Shown here piece by piece: positions 14,346 to 27,770 of a stretch of DNA of 64,000 nt. The stretch is from the NCBI RefSeq assembly GCF_963921235.1, contig NC_086108.1, positions 17,484,001-17,548,000 of the forward strand. Reading direction: 5' to 3'. Position numbers and translations under genes: made by a program. A model generated the notes under the pieces. It saw only the letters and a list, made by a program, of their open reading frames with translations, had not been told where the DNA came from and did no database searches. The DNA is from Mobula hypostoma. Its lineage: Eukaryota. How positions within the stretch are numbered: position 1 is the stretch's first letter; every line of letters begins with the position of its first letter.

Positions 14346-14564
14346 ACATGCTGAGGCATGCTGACCTCCATTACAGAGGCGTCCTCAGCCTCCGGCACCA
14401 CCTCCCCTCCCTCGACTTTCCCAGGCTTTTGCTGGATTCTGGGAGCCACGGGACCCTCCGGGCTTGATTGAACAGCAACAACCTGCTCCTTCTCTGGGGG
14501 ATTATCCTGATATGGTCAAATGCATTGACTCCACTACCGAGTTTTGGAGGTGAAGCTGTATTAC

Positions 14565-14703
14565 CTGACGATCTGTCTCCACATATTGCGCAGATGTGCT
14601 TGGCCATTGAGTTGGGGCTGTAGGAATTCAAATTTCCATGTCCAGTCAAGCCAGGAGGTGGCTTAATATCCTCTGTGCTGCTGACATTGTTCACTGCATT
14701 AAT
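14565..14703 (-). CDS. rxrg: RXR-gamma-like coding exon 3 (end of A/B, start of zinc finger 1), 139 bp, phase 0 to 1
   Basis: [46 protein letters not shown](G). Acceptor tgttttccattcag, donor TCAG|GTAATA. Confidence 0.95.
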
Positions 14704-15029
14704 CTGAATGGAAAACACAAGAGAATTGTAACATATCAGCTCTCTCTGTTCAGAGGCACACCACCCATTTAATCCCTTTGCACTCCTTCCAATTACAGAT
14801 CCCACCTACACAGGTGATGTCACAAACATGTTACTGCAGAACATTGATTTGTCCAAGAGGATCCTGTTAAGCCACTACAGATGTGCTAGAGAAAGCATCC
14901 TGACAGGTTCCATTTCTGCTTGGCAATGGCAACTGCTGTAATTTGTACTGACAGAACCTGCAGAGAGTGGTAAACATAACACTGTCCAATGCAGGTTTGT
15001 CACTTCCTTCCAGCCAGTTCATCTTTATT

Positions 15030-15290
15030 TTATTTTTATTTATTTTATCGAGATACAGTGCAGAGTAGGCCCCTTGGCCCTTCCAGCAACCCCCAATTTA
15101 GCCTCAACCGTATCACAGGACAATTTACAAAGACCAATTGACCTACTGACCGGTACACCTTTGGACTGTGGGAGGAAACCGTAGCATCTGGAGGAAACTC
15201 ATGTGGTCACAGGGAGAATGTACAAACTCCTTCCAGGCAGCAGCGATGGGAATTGAACCCAAGTAGCTGGTGCAGTAAAGCGTTGTGCTG
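15030..15290 (-). mobile_element. V-SINE (HE1-like) copy
   Basis: Reverse complement of the V-domain core (tttggactgtgggaggaaacc...ggaggaaactc...gggagaatgtacaaactcc). Confidence 0.7.
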
Positions 15291-15292
15291 AC

Positions 15293-18280
15293 TTTAGGTA
15301 TGTGAAAAGGGAAAAAATAGTTAAGACCAAAACTGGGCCCTTGAAGACAGAAGGGGGTGAATTTATTATGGGGAACAAGGAAATGGCAGACGAGTTGAAC
15401 AGGTACTTCGGATCTGTCTTCACTAGGGAAGACACAAACAATCTCCCAGATGTAATAGCGGCCAAAGGACCTACGGTAATGGATGAATTGAAGGAAATTT
15501 ATATTAGGCAGGAAATGGTGTTGGATAGGCTGATAAGTCCCCGGGACCTGATGGTCTGCATCCCAGGGTACTTAAGGAGGTGGCTTTAGAAATAGTGGAT
15601 GCATTGGTAATCATTTTTCAATGTTCTATAGATTCAGGATCAGTTCCTGTGGATTGGAGGGTGGCTAATGTTGTCCCTCTCTTCAAGAAGGGAGGAAGAG
15701 AGAAAACAGGGAATTATAGACCAGTTAGCCTGACGTTGGTGGTGGGAAAGATGCTGGAGTCAATTATAAAAGTTGAAATTACGACACATCTGGATAGTAG
15801 TAACAGGATTGGTCCGAGTCAGCATGGATTTATGAAGGGGAAATCGTGTTTGACTAATCTTCTGGAATTTTTTGAGGATGTAACTATGAAAATGGACAAG
15901 GGAGAGCCAGTGCATGTAGTGTACCTGGACTTTCAGAAAGCCTTTGATAAAGTCCCACATAGGAGATTAGTGGGAAAAATTAGGGCACATGGTATTGGGG
16001 GCAGATTACTGACATGGATTGAAAATTGGCTGGCTAACAGAAAACAAAGAGTAGCGATTAATGGGTCCCTTTCGGAATGGCAGGCGGTGACCAGTGGGGT
16101 ACCGCAGGGTTCAGGGCTGGGACCGCAGCTGTTTACAATATATATTAATGATTTAGATGAGGGAATTAAAAGTAACATTAGCAAATTTGCCGATGACACA
16201 AAGCTGGGTGGCAGTGTGAAATGTGAGGAGGATGTTATGAGAATGCAGGGTGACTTGGACAGGCTGGGTGAGTGGGCAGATGCATGGCAGATGCAGTTTA
16301 ATGTGGATAAATGTGAGGTTATCCACTTTTGGTGGTAAGAACGGGAAGGCAGATTATTATCTAAATCAGGGGTCCCCAACCGTTTTTGCGCTGCGGACCG
16401 GTTTAATATTGACAATATTCTTGCGGACCAGCCGACCTGGGGAGGTAGGGTTGCCAACGGACCAGAGTAGCAGTCAAAGAAAGACTACAATGACCATGAA
16501 GCCTTGCGCGGGCACCAGAGCGCATGCGTGAGTGTACCTGCCGATATTATTCTCTGCAAAGCGTTTTTGGCGATTCTGTTCGGGGGGGGGTGTTCATCAC
16601 GACCGGAATATTGGTAATAAGGGGCTAATACACTTAATTTCGTTTCTAAAAGGGTTTAATCTAACAAATTTAATATTAAACACACAGCGCATATTATCCT
16701 CACATGAATATAGTGATGTCACTTATCAGGGGAGGATGGGGAGTTTGAAGTGTTGAAAGAACTTCCAGTAGAAGTGGTAGAGGCAGGTTCGATATTATTT
16801 AAAGAAAAATTGGATAGGTATATGGACAGGAAAGGAATTAGGGGTATGGGCTGAGTGCAAGTCGGTGGGACTAGGTGAGAGTAGCTTTCGGCACGGACTA
16901 GAAGAGCCGAGATCGCCTATTTCCGTGCTGGTAATTGTTATATGGTTATATAAGTCACTTATCAGTCAATAGCATCATAACATTTTAAGTAACGTTTGGA
17001 TATTAAACACACAGCACATATTTTCCCCGTATGAACATATAAAATCATTGCAACACACCCGTATCGCTGAATCAGTGGGAGCCCTGGGCTTGTTTCCCTG
17101 CAACAAGACGGTCCTATTGAGGGGTGATGGGAGACAGCGATACTCAAAGGGGGTTCCTTATGGCCGGTCTATTTAGTTTTCGTCGCATTCATTACAGAGA
17201 TATGTTGGAAATGGAAGCAATGTTTTCAGTTCTTTCGAGCCTGTCTCAGGATATTTAGCCTTGACTTTGATCCAGAATGCCGGCAGAGATGTTATGTCAA
17301 ACATACTTTTCAGCCCGCCGTCATTTGCAAGCTCGAGGAGTTGATCTCCTTCCCGCGCTGACATGGATGACGCGCTGTTAATGACCTCGCGTGTGTTCAA
17401 GCTCAACAGTGGGCGTGACAGGGAATGAGGAAAGTTGCAGCTGACTCATATTGCCAAATCATTTCGTTTCCTCGCCGCCCGGTAGCAAATGCTCTGTGGC
17501 CCGGTGGTTGGGGACCGCTGATCTAAATGGAGTCAAGATAGGAAAAGGGGAAGCACAACGAGATCTAGGTGTTCTTGTACATCAGTCACTGAAAGCAAGC
17601 ATGCAAGTACTGCAGGCAGTGAAGAAAGCTAATGGCATGCTTGCCTTCATAACAAGTGGAATTGAGTATAAGAGCAAAGAGGTCCTTCGGCAGCTGTACA
17701 GGGCCCTGGTGAGACCACACCTGGAGTACTGTGTGCAGTTTTGGTCTCCAAATTTGAGGAAGGACATTCTTGCTATTGAGGGAGTGCAGCGTAGGTTCAC
17801 AAGGTTAATTCCTGGGATGGCGGGACTGTCATATGTCGAAAGATCGGAGCGACTAGGCTTGTATACTCAGGAATTTAGAAGGCTGAGAGGGGATCTTATT
17901 GAAACATACAAGATTATTAAGGGATTGGACACGCTGCAGGCAGGAAGCATGTTCCCACTGATGGGGGAGTCCAGAACCAGAGGCCACAGTTTAAGAATTA
18001 GGGGTAGGCCATTTAGAACGGAGTTGAGGAAAAACTTTTTCACCCAGAGAGTGGTGGATATATGGAATGCTCTGCCCCAGAAGGCTGTGGAGGCCAAGTC
18101 TCTGGATGCTTTCAAAAAAGAGATGGATAGAGCTCTTAAAGATAGTAGAATCAAAGGTTATGGGGATAAGGCAGGAACTGGATACTGATAGTGGATGATC
18201 AGCCATGATCACAGTGAATGGCGGTGCTGGCTCGAAGGGCCGAATGGCCTACTCCTGCACCTCTTGTCTATTGTCTATTG
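15293..18280 (+). mobile_element. 5'-truncated CR1 LINE interrupted by hAT copy 2
   Basis: ORFs 15302-15589, 15580-16338 (FADD) and the continuation from 17521. Tail gtctattgtctattg. Confidence 0.93.
16367..17520 (-). mobile_element. Non-autonomous hAT element, copy 2, 1154 bp
   Basis: TIRs CAGGGGTCCCCAACC / GGTTGGGGACCGCTG. 8-bp TSD ATCTAAAT at 16359-16366 and 17521-17528. Inverted homolog of 2714-3882. Confidence 0.93.
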
Positions 18281-18589
18281 ACTACTACAACTACTACACT
18301 ACTGTGCTACCTAACTTCACAGTGCATTATTCCAGAAACACTGACAACATTGTTGAGAATGCCTGCAATCCTGGCCATTCCCTGTTCTTTCTTCTACCTT
18401 CTGGAGTAGATACAGGAACTGGAAAGCCTGGATGTCCAGACTAAATAAGCAACTTCTTCCCCTCATCTTTATATTTATTTATTAAGATACAGCAATGGAA
18501 CTGGTCCTTTGAGCTGTGCTGTCCAACAATCCCTGATTTAACCCTAGCCAAATCACAGGTCTGGTAACCCTAGCCAAACCCTAGCCAAT

Positions 18590-19386
18590 CAATGGTTTTC
18601 CATTGTAACTGAACAAGGTGTGCACAGCAGTGGACCAACGTTGAAAAACAAGTTAGAGGAGTTAGCTAAGAAGCTGGTCACGGGATTTTAAAGCAACAGA
18701 TGGATGGTTGTCTCGATAGAAATGTCGGCACTATATTGAGTTCAAGAAAGTACACGGTGAGAAAGATAATGCTGATGCTGTAAATGCGGAAACATGGAAA
18801 TCTACGAAACTCCCTGACGATTCAAAAATTTTGTGTAGATGATAATGCTGATGAAACAGGCCTTTTTTATTGTGCCACACTGCTCGGTTCCAAGCCACAC
18901 TGTGAGCACAACACTTTACAATACAGGTGACCCATGTATAATTCCTGCTGCTGTCTGTAAGGAGTGTGTATGTTCTCCCTGTCACTGCATGGGTTTCCTC
19001 TGGGTGCTCTGCTTTCCTCCCACAGTCCAAAGACATACTGGTTAGTAGGTTTAGTAGATTATTGGTTAAACCTCAATGCTTTAAGAGGCTAAGAAAGAAT
19101 AGTTTACCAATTGAGTGTACCATGTCAGAGTGCACGTGATGAATTCCTCTGCCTCTAACCATGATGGACTAATACACAGTTTTATAGTGCCGTAGTACTA
19201 TTGATAGTGTTCTAATTTATTCTGTATTTCATTTAAATACCTAATTTGTTACTCAGTTAATCAGTAGCTCATGCTTTTTGTACATTTTTAACTATTTCCA
19301 TGAAACTTCATATATTTGGGGCAGCTGCTTAATTGGGCCGAAACGTACTGGTCCTGACATGTCCCAATTAACCAGAATCCACTATA
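18590..19386 (+). mobile_element. Tigger/pogo DNA transposon remnant with a V-SINE inserted at about 18875-19060
   Basis: Translates to FKATDGWLSR*KCRHYIEFKKVHGEKDNAD (CENP-B-type HTH) and NADETGLFY (pogo DDE motif). TIR-like end gtcccaattaaccagaatccacta. Confidence 0.75.
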
Positions 19387-19702
19387 TTTATTATGATCAT
19401 ATATACTCTACTCTGTGAGCTTCACAAGAGTGAAGAATTCCTTTGCAACTTGGTGTTCATGACATTGAACTAAGCAAGAAGCTAGTAATATATCACTACA
19501 TACAAAGGATTGTCTAGAAGACAACTCAAATGAAGGGTCAAAGTGCATTGCAGCAAAAGTATGTAGGTGATACAATGGCTTGCAAGGACACAATCTGCTA
19601 AGGAATTAGCTGGTACAGATAAGTAAGCAAACTTTGACAGATTAAATACAAATATGTGAAATAGTGAGGCTGGTTGAAGAATAGAATATTGTTTGAGTGA
19701 AG

Positions 19703-19906
19703 TGTTGTGTCTGCATAAGTGCATATTGATTAAATAACAGCACGCATGCAGGAGATGGCTTTAACTGGTGTGTTCACATTGCAGCGAGAGAGAGAGAGCT
19801 ATGCATATGTGTAGACAACAGCGCATGCGCAGACAACAGATCAATACATAATGCTAACGGTGGGGGGGGGTCATTGCTTTAAAAAGAAATAGATCCATAC
19901 ATTACA
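19703..19906 (-). mobile_element. Extra Gypsy LTR copy (204 bp)
   Basis: TG...CA ends, homologous to 20229-20433, followed by cttcct (a PPT remnant). Confidence 0.8.
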
Positions 19907-19911
19907 CTTCC

Positions 19912-20228
19912 TTTGCAGGGAGGGAGAGCAGTAATGATAGGAGACTTGATAGTTAGGAAGGCAGACAGCAGAATCTGTGGCCACAAAAGAGAAGCTTCGA
20001 TGGTGTGTTGCCTCACAATTGCTAGGGTCCAGGGTGTCTCAAAGTGGTCTGCAAAAGATTCTCAAGAAAGTGAGCAGCCAGACTTTGTGGTGCGCATTGG
20101 CACAAATGACATAGGTACAAAGGAGAAGGAGTGCACAGTGAGTACAGATGAATGAGTGGCTGAGGAAGTGATGCAGGGGGCGGGGTTACAGATTTCTAGA
20201 TCATTGGGATCTCTTCTGGGGAAGGTAT
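19912..20228 (+). mobile_element. CR1 ORF1 (SGNH/GDSL esterase) fragment
   Basis: AVMIGDLIVRKAD...VCCL..ARV...VVRIGTNDIG motifs typical of CR1 ORF1 esterases. Confidence 0.75.
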
Positions 20229-22950
20229 AGTTGTGTCCGTGCATAACTACATATTGATTAAATAATAGCATGCATGGGAGAGATGGCTTTAACTGGTGTA
20301 TTCACATTGCAGCAATAGAAAGTGAGAGAACAATGTGCATGCATAGACAACAGCGCATGCGCAGACAACAAATCAATACATAGTGCTAAGGGGGGGGGTC
20401 ATTGCTCTGAAAGAAATAGATCCATACATTACACTTCCTCCCCTTTTAGATTAATGCTACATAAAACTATATATGTACAAAACACTCAATTTCCCTTTCA
20501 TAGACCCATATTCCAAATAAACATGCTTTCACAATAACAGTCCATAACTATTCTAAAGGTTCAGTCTTTTGGGTGGTGCTCTGTTTCTTTCAGGATAGCA
20601 CCTCTGGACTTGTAGAGTGGCATCAGGTTTGGTAGGTGTCTTGTCTAAGACAACGTTCTCAGTTTCTGGTGTCACATTGCTATCAGTGACATCATTACTG
20701 AGAGTAAATCTGGTGACTGTAATGTGTCTGTCTTTTTGGATGCAGTCAACTCAGGTGTGTTCTTCGGTGGAGTATCCAGTCTCTGGTCCACATAACATCT
20801 CCATGTCTGATCTCCAACATCCACTGTGTACAACAGTGGTCCAGTTCTTGTAGCTATCCTTCTCAGTAATCATGCGCTAGGACTTCCTGTCCAATCTTGA
20901 AGCTTTTTGCTGCTTCACTTGGCAACTATCTAAACTGTTTATTCTGTACCTCCCTCCGTAGGTCTGGTTTTAGGAGGTCTATGCGAGATCTCAGATTCCT
21001 GCTCATGAACAGCATTGCAGGTGTTTGATTTGTCGTCACCTGAACAGAGTTTCCAATACACAAAAAGGAAGTTGTCTACCTTGTGCTGTAGATAAATGTC
21101 CTCCTTGTCCATCGCTTTAATGGACCTCTTGAAGGTTTGAATAAACCTTTCAGCTAACCCATTCGGTGCTGGGTGGTGAGGAGCTGACTTGAAATGTCTG
21201 ATGCCATTTTTCTTCATGAACAGTCTGAACTTTTCTGATATGTATTGTGGTCCCTTATCACTCACAATTTGTTCTGTTAAACTGTTTCTGGTGAAGATAG
21301 TCCTCGGGATGGTGACAGTCTTTACTGAGGTGATTGCTTTCATTGGTATAATCTCTGGCCACTTTGAATGAACATCCACAACAATCAGAAACATGGAGCT
21401 CATGAATGACGCAGCAAAGTCAATATGTACTTTTTGTCATGGTGATGACGGCCTCTCCTATGGGTGTAATGGTGCTTGAGGGGGATGCATTTTGAACTTT
21501 TTGGCATCTTGAACAGCTTTAGCCAAATTTTCAATCTGTTTATCTATTCCCTTCTCAAAACTTTCTCATTAGCATTAAACAGCTGTGACAGCCTCTGGTT
21601 AATGCTACCATTTGGGCTGCAGTGCCTGTTGACACTACATCGAGAGCTTTGATTGAGTGTCAGTCTATTTTGGATTTTTCTCAACCATTCACGTCTGAAA
21701 AGTGCTGGCCCTCCTGTTTTCGATACATTACACTTCAACTGCTGTGTTTTTCCTCCGTACATCACATTCACCTTCAGTTTGCCTTTGGGAGGCACTTTTT
21801 CACCTGTGTAGTTCTTTAGCGTCACTGAGGTCTTCTATGAAAGACAGTCTGTTGTAGTCAGCCTCTGGAATTATAGACAAAGCTGACCCTGTATCCAGCT
21901 CCATTTACAGTTTTACACCAGACACACCTATTGTGATCCAGATGATTTTGTGATCTGCTTCAGTAATACTATGCAGTTCTAGGCATGACAGCTCACCTTT
22001 GTCAGACTCTTTTTTTAATATTCGGTAACTTTATGCATTTACTTAGTTTTGTATTTGAGACTTTTCACTCGGTTGTGCTTTTTGTCTGCCTTGCACATTC
22101 TATCTATGTGACCTTGTCTGTGACACTTTCTGAGACTTTGAACCAACAGCATCATGGGAGGATCTGCCACATCAATAACATCTTTGGCTTTCTGGGACAT
22201 CTTGAGCATTTTACATTCTAACCTCCTATTCTGTAGTTCCTTTGCTGCAGTCTCTAACAATATTGCAATGGCCAATGCCTGTTCTAAGATTAGGTCTTTT
22301 TTGGACAATAACCTCTATGCATGCCAGATACAAGTCTGTCCCTTAATGTATCAGAAAGTCCGTCTCTAAAGTCACAGTACTGGGAAGGTTTTGATAGTTC
22401 TGCAATATATTCAGAAATGCTTTCATCTTTTGACTGGTTCCTTTTGAAAAATCTAAATTTCTCAACTATTACCAACGGTTTAGGGCTAAAGTGATTTTGT
22501 AAAGTTGTAACAATTTCAACAAACGTCTTGCTTGCTGGCTTTCCAGGGGTTACTAAGTTGTTTAAGAGACTGTATGTTCTTGCACCCATTAAGTAGGGGC
22601 TTTCTTTTACTCCTCCACATTGTTCGCATTACAATAAAGTTCCACTCTCTCAATATATGAATCCCAGCCTTCATGAGCACTATCAAATTCATTAACTTTC
22701 CTGACTGAAGCCACCAACACATTATTTTCACTTTAAATTCTGCGAGTCTTTCACCGTGTACTACACACTGTATTTGCGCCTTTGTTAGTGTTCGTGACAG
22801 TTTTCTCGTGCTGTTCAAGTCTTGCTGTTTCGTCCCAATATTGTCAGTGCAGTTTGTGATATTTTCTGACATTCAGGTTCGTACTCGTTGCCAGTTTGTG
22901 TCTGTGCACAACTACATATCAATTAAATAAATGCATGCACACGGGATAGT
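20229..22950 (-). mobile_element. Degraded Gypsy LTR retrotransposon (gag, protease, integrase; RT/RNase H absent)
   Basis: 3' LTR 20229-20433 preceded by PPT AAAAGGGGAGGAAG. Integrase FLIVVDVHSKWPE...IVSDKGPQY...NGLAERF. Protease MELDTGSALSI near 21870-21905. Gag FFKRNQSKDESISEYIAEL. PBS TGGCAACGAG at 22884-22893 next to a 5' LTR remnant. Confidence 0.88.
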
Positions 22951-23057
22951 TGATTTAAAAGAAATAGATTACAGAGAGAGGCTACACAATGTTGTTGCTC
23001 ACAGGAATTTTGGGATCCTGGTACATAAAAAACAACAGCAAGATTCAGAAGGCAAAC

Positions 23058-23490
23058 GAAACATAGAACATCAGAGCATACAGCACAGGAACAAGCCCTT
23101 TGGCCCAATATGTCTAAGCCAAATTAATCTCTTCTCCCTACATATGACCTGTATCCTAACATTCTCTGAATATTCATCATTCATCTAAAAATCTCTTAAA
23201 CATCTCCATCATACCTACTTCCACTACTGCACTGGCAACCAATTAAAGCACCCACCACTATGTGTGTAGAAAGACTTGCCTTGTCCTTTAAATTTTCCCC
23301 ACTGACCTTAAGTTCATGTCCTCACGTACTTTACATTTCTACTCTGGGAAAAAGATTCTGGCTGTCGATCCTGTCCATGCCTCAGATAATTTCATAAACT
23401 TCTACCAGGTCTCCCCTCAGCCTGTGGTGCTCCAGAGAAAGCAACCCAAGTTATTATTCCTTATAACTCATACCCTCTAATCTAGGAAGC
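23058..23490 (-). mobile_element. Old CR1 3' fragment
   Basis: aacatagaacat tail and RT C-terminal remnants. Confidence 0.7.
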
Positions 23491-24012
23491 AGCTATATAC
23501 TCCCTGCAAAGGGGGGATAGAATTGGTGTTGCAGTCTCTTCGAGGCAAAATCAATTAGCACCAAAATAAACAGGTTCTATTCAGTTCTGGTGCTTATTAA
23601 GACAGGAGGAAAGGTAATGGGTGGGAGTGGGGAGAAGGTAATGGTGCATCTCTCATCAGATGGAGGACTCCAGGTCATTTACCCATCCCATTCTATGTGT
23701 CTGACAGGAGTAGGGTTAATGTTGGAGAAATAAGCAAAGCGTCCTATTGATGATCTTTATCAGAAGCAGATTAGCAGAGGTTAAGAATGACTTGAATGTG
23801 CTGGCCCACATGGTCAAACAGAGGACACCTTGTTCTATACACGGGGTCAGGGCTGTGGTAAGAAAATAAGAAAATCTGCCCCCTGTGGATGCCTTAATTT
23901 CCACAGCATTCACTGGTCTCAGATCAAAGTACTCCACTGTTCAACAGGAAGATTGCAAGTCACAAACTGTGATCAATCCACAGGGATTGGTACTGGGTCC
24001 ACTGTGGTTTGT

Positions 24013-26950
24013 CATAGAAACCATAGAAACTACAGCACAGAAACAGGCCTTTTGGCCCTTCTTGGCTGTGCTGAACCATTTTCTGCCTAGTCCCATTGAC
24101 CTGCACACGGACCATATCCCTCCATACACCTCCCATCCATGTATCTGTCCAATTTATTCTTAAATGTTAAAAAAGAACCCGCATTTACCACCTCGTCTGG
24201 CAGCTCATTCCACACTCCCACCACTCTCTGTGTGAAGAAGCCCCCTTTAATATTCCCTTTAAACTTTTCCCCCCTCACCCTAAACCCATGTCCTCTGGTT
24301 TTTTTCTCCCTTTGCCTCAGTGGGAAAAGCCTGCTTGCATTCACTCTATCTATACCCATCATAATTTTATATACCTCTATCAAATCTCCCCTCATTCTTC
24401 TACGCTCCAGGGAATAAAGTCCCAACCTATTCAACCTTTCTCTGTAACTGAGTTTCTCAAGTCCCGGCAACATCCTTGTAAACCTTCTCCGCACTCTTTC
24501 AACCTTATTTATATCCTTCCTGTAATTTGGTGACCAAAACTGAACACAATACTCCAGATTCGGCCTCACCAATGCCTTATACAACCTCATCATAACATTA
24601 CAGCTCCTATACTCAATACTTTGATTAATAAAGGTCAATGTACCAAAAGCTCTCTTTACGACCCTACCTACCCGTGACGCCACTTTTAGGGAATTTTGTA
24701 TCTGTACTCCCAGATCCCTCTGTTCCACTGCACTCCTCAGTGCCTTACCATTAACCCTGTATGTTCTACCTTGGTTTGTCCTTCCAACGTGCAATACCTC
24801 ACACTTGTCTGTATTAAACTCCATCTGCCATTTTTCAGCCCATTTTTCCAGCTGGTCCAAGTCCCTCTGCAGGCTCTGAAAACCTTCCTCACTGTCTACT
24901 ACACCTCCAATCTTTGTATCATCAGCAAACTTGCTGATCCAATTTACCACATTATCATCCAGATCATTGATATAGATGACAAATAACAATGGACCCAGCA
25001 CTGATCCCTGTGGCACACCACTAGTCACAGGCCTCCACTCAGAGAAGCAATTCTCTACCACCACTCTCTAGCTTCTTCCATCGAGCCAATGTCTAATCCA
25101 ATTTACCACCTCTCCATGTATACCTAGCGACTGAATTTTCCTAACTAACCTCCCATGCGGGACCTTGTCAAAGGCCTTACTGAAGTCCATGTAGACAATA
25201 TCCACTGCCTTCCCTTCATCCACTTTCCTGGTAACCTCCTCGAAAAACTCCAATAGATTGGTCAAACATGATCTACCATGCACAAAGCCATGTTGACTCT
25301 CCCTAATAAGTCCCAGTCTATCCAAATGCTTGTAGATTCTGTCTCTTAGTACTCCCTCCAATAACTTACCTACTACCGATGTTAAATTTACTGGCCTATA
25401 ATTTCCCGGTTTACTTTTCGATCCTTTTTTAAACAACGGAATAACATGAGCCACTCTCCAATCCTCCGGCACCCCACCTGTAGACAGCAACATTTTAAAT
25501 ATTTCAGCCAGGGCCCCTGCAATTTCAACACTAGTCTCCTTCAAGGTCCGAGGGAACACCCTGTCAGGTCCCGGAGATTTATCCACTTTAATTTTCCTCA
25601 AGACAGCAAGGACCTCCTCCTTTTCGATCTGTACAGTTTCCATGATCTCACTACTTGTTTCCCTTAATTCCATAGACTTCATGCCAGTTTCCTTAGTAAA
25701 CACAGACGCAAAAAACCTATTTAAGATCTCCCCCATTTCCTTTGGTTTCGCACATATCCGACCACTCTGATCTTCAAGAGGACCAATTTTATCCCTTACA
25801 ATCCTTTTGCTCTTAATATACCTGTAAAAGCTCTTTGGATTATCCTTCACTTTGACTGCCAAGACAACCTCATGTCTTCTTTTAGCCCTCCTGATTTCTT
25901 TCTTAAGTATTTTCTTGCACTTCTTATACTCCTCAAGCACCTTATTTACTCCCTGCTTCCTATACACGTCATACAACTCCCTCTTCTTCTTTATCAGAGT
26001 TGCAATATCCCTTGAGAACCAAGGTTCCTTATTCCTATTCACCTTGCCTTTAATCCTGACAGGAACATACAAATTCTGCATTCTCAAAATTTCTGCTTTG
26101 AAGGCTTCCCACCTACCGATCACATCCATGCCCGAGAACAACCTGTCCCAATCCACGCTTTTTAGATCCTTTCTCATTTCTTCAAATTTGGCCTTCTTCC
26201 AGTTAAGAACCTCAACCCTAGGACCAGATCTATCCTTGTCCATGATCAAGTTGAAACTAATGGTGTTATGATCACTGGAACCAAAGTGCTCCCCTACACA
26301 GACTTCTGTCACTTGTCCTAACTCGTTTCCTAACAGGAGATCCAATATTGCATCCCCCCTAGTTGGTCACTCTATATATTGATTTAGAAAACTTTCCAAC
26401 CATCTAGACCCCTAACAGTATGGGAGACCCAATCAATATATGGAAAATTAAAATCCCCTACCACCACAACTTTATGTTTCCTGCAATTGCCTGCTATCTC
26501 TCTGCAGATTTGCACTTCCTATTCTCTTTAACTATTGGGTGGTCTGTAATACAATCCCACTAATGTGGCCATACCTTTCCTGTTTCTCAGCTCCACCCAC
26601 AAGGACTCAGTAGACAAGCCCTCTAATCTGCCCTGCCTGAGCACTGCTATAATATTTTCCCTAACAAGCAATGCCACTCCCCCACCTTTCATTCCTCTGC
26701 CTCGATCACATCTGAAACATTGGAACCTTGGAATATTAAGCTGCCAGTCCTGCCCCTCCTGTAGCCAAGTTTCACTAATTGCTATAACGTCATAATTCCA
26801 CGTGTCAATCCACGCCCTCAACTCATCCACCTTCCCCGCAATACTCCTAGCATTGAAATATATACACCTCAGAAGATTTTTACCACCACTCACAACCTTT
26901 CTATTAGTGGATTTGCTTGAACTTTTAACATAATTTATTTTCACCCCAGT
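24013..26950 (-). mobile_element. Young CR1 LINE, nearly complete ORF2 (one stop at 25068, small deletion near 26400), inserted in an older plus-strand CR1
   Basis: ORFs 26528-26953 (endonuclease CIYFNARS, ISETWL), 25068-26345 and 24087-25064 (FADD). Tail catagaaaccatagaaac. Confidence 0.95.
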
Positions 26951-27770
26951 CAATCATAAATGATTTGGATGACAATATTGTTAACACGGTTAGTAAGTTT
27001 GTAGATGACACCAAAATTGGTGGTGTTGTAGACAGAGGGACATAGATGCAGAGAGAAGTAGGCAGAAGAATGTCAAATGGAATTTAACTCGGGCAAGTCC
27101 AAAGTTTTGGGCTTTTGTATACGAAACCGGACAGGACTTGAACAGTAAATGGCAGGGCCCTGGAGCATGTTGTAGAACAGAATTCCCTGAAAATAGATAC
27201 ACAGGTAAACAGGGCAGTGAAGAAAATGTTTGGTTTGATTGCCTTTATCAATCAGGACATTTGGTACAAGAGTTGGGATGTCATGATACAACATTGATGA
27301 GACCACACTTGGAATATTGTGTGCAGTTCCAGTCACCCAACTGGAAAGGGTGCAGAGCAGATTGATGAGGAAATGGCCAATCCTGAGTTATAAAAGGAGA
27401 ATGGACAGGCTGGGACAGTTTCTCCTGCAGCAAATGCCGCCGATACATGACCTGGTAGAGTTTTATAAAATCATGAGGATGTGAATAGGGTGAAATGTCA
27501 CCACCTTTTCCCAAGGGTAGGATAATTTAAAACAAGAGGGAATGGTTAGATGAGAGGGTACCTGAGGAAAAATTTTTCACACAGAGGGTGCTAAGTATGT
27601 GGAATTATATGCCAGAGAATGGTATAGGTATGTACAGTTACATTATTGAAAAGACATTAAACAGGTACAAGGATGGGAAATATTTAGAGGGATCTGAGCC
27701 AAAACAGGCAACTTGGTTGGCATGGAAGTGTTGGCCTGAAGATCTGTTTCTGTTCAGTGAATCGATAACT
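26951..27770 (+). mobile_element. Old degraded CR1, whose 5' part is at about 23895-24012
   Basis: gtactgggtccactgtggtttgtca before the insert continues as ataaatgatttggatgac...gatgacaccaaaattggtgg. MRPHLEYCVQF motif. Confidence 0.75.
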
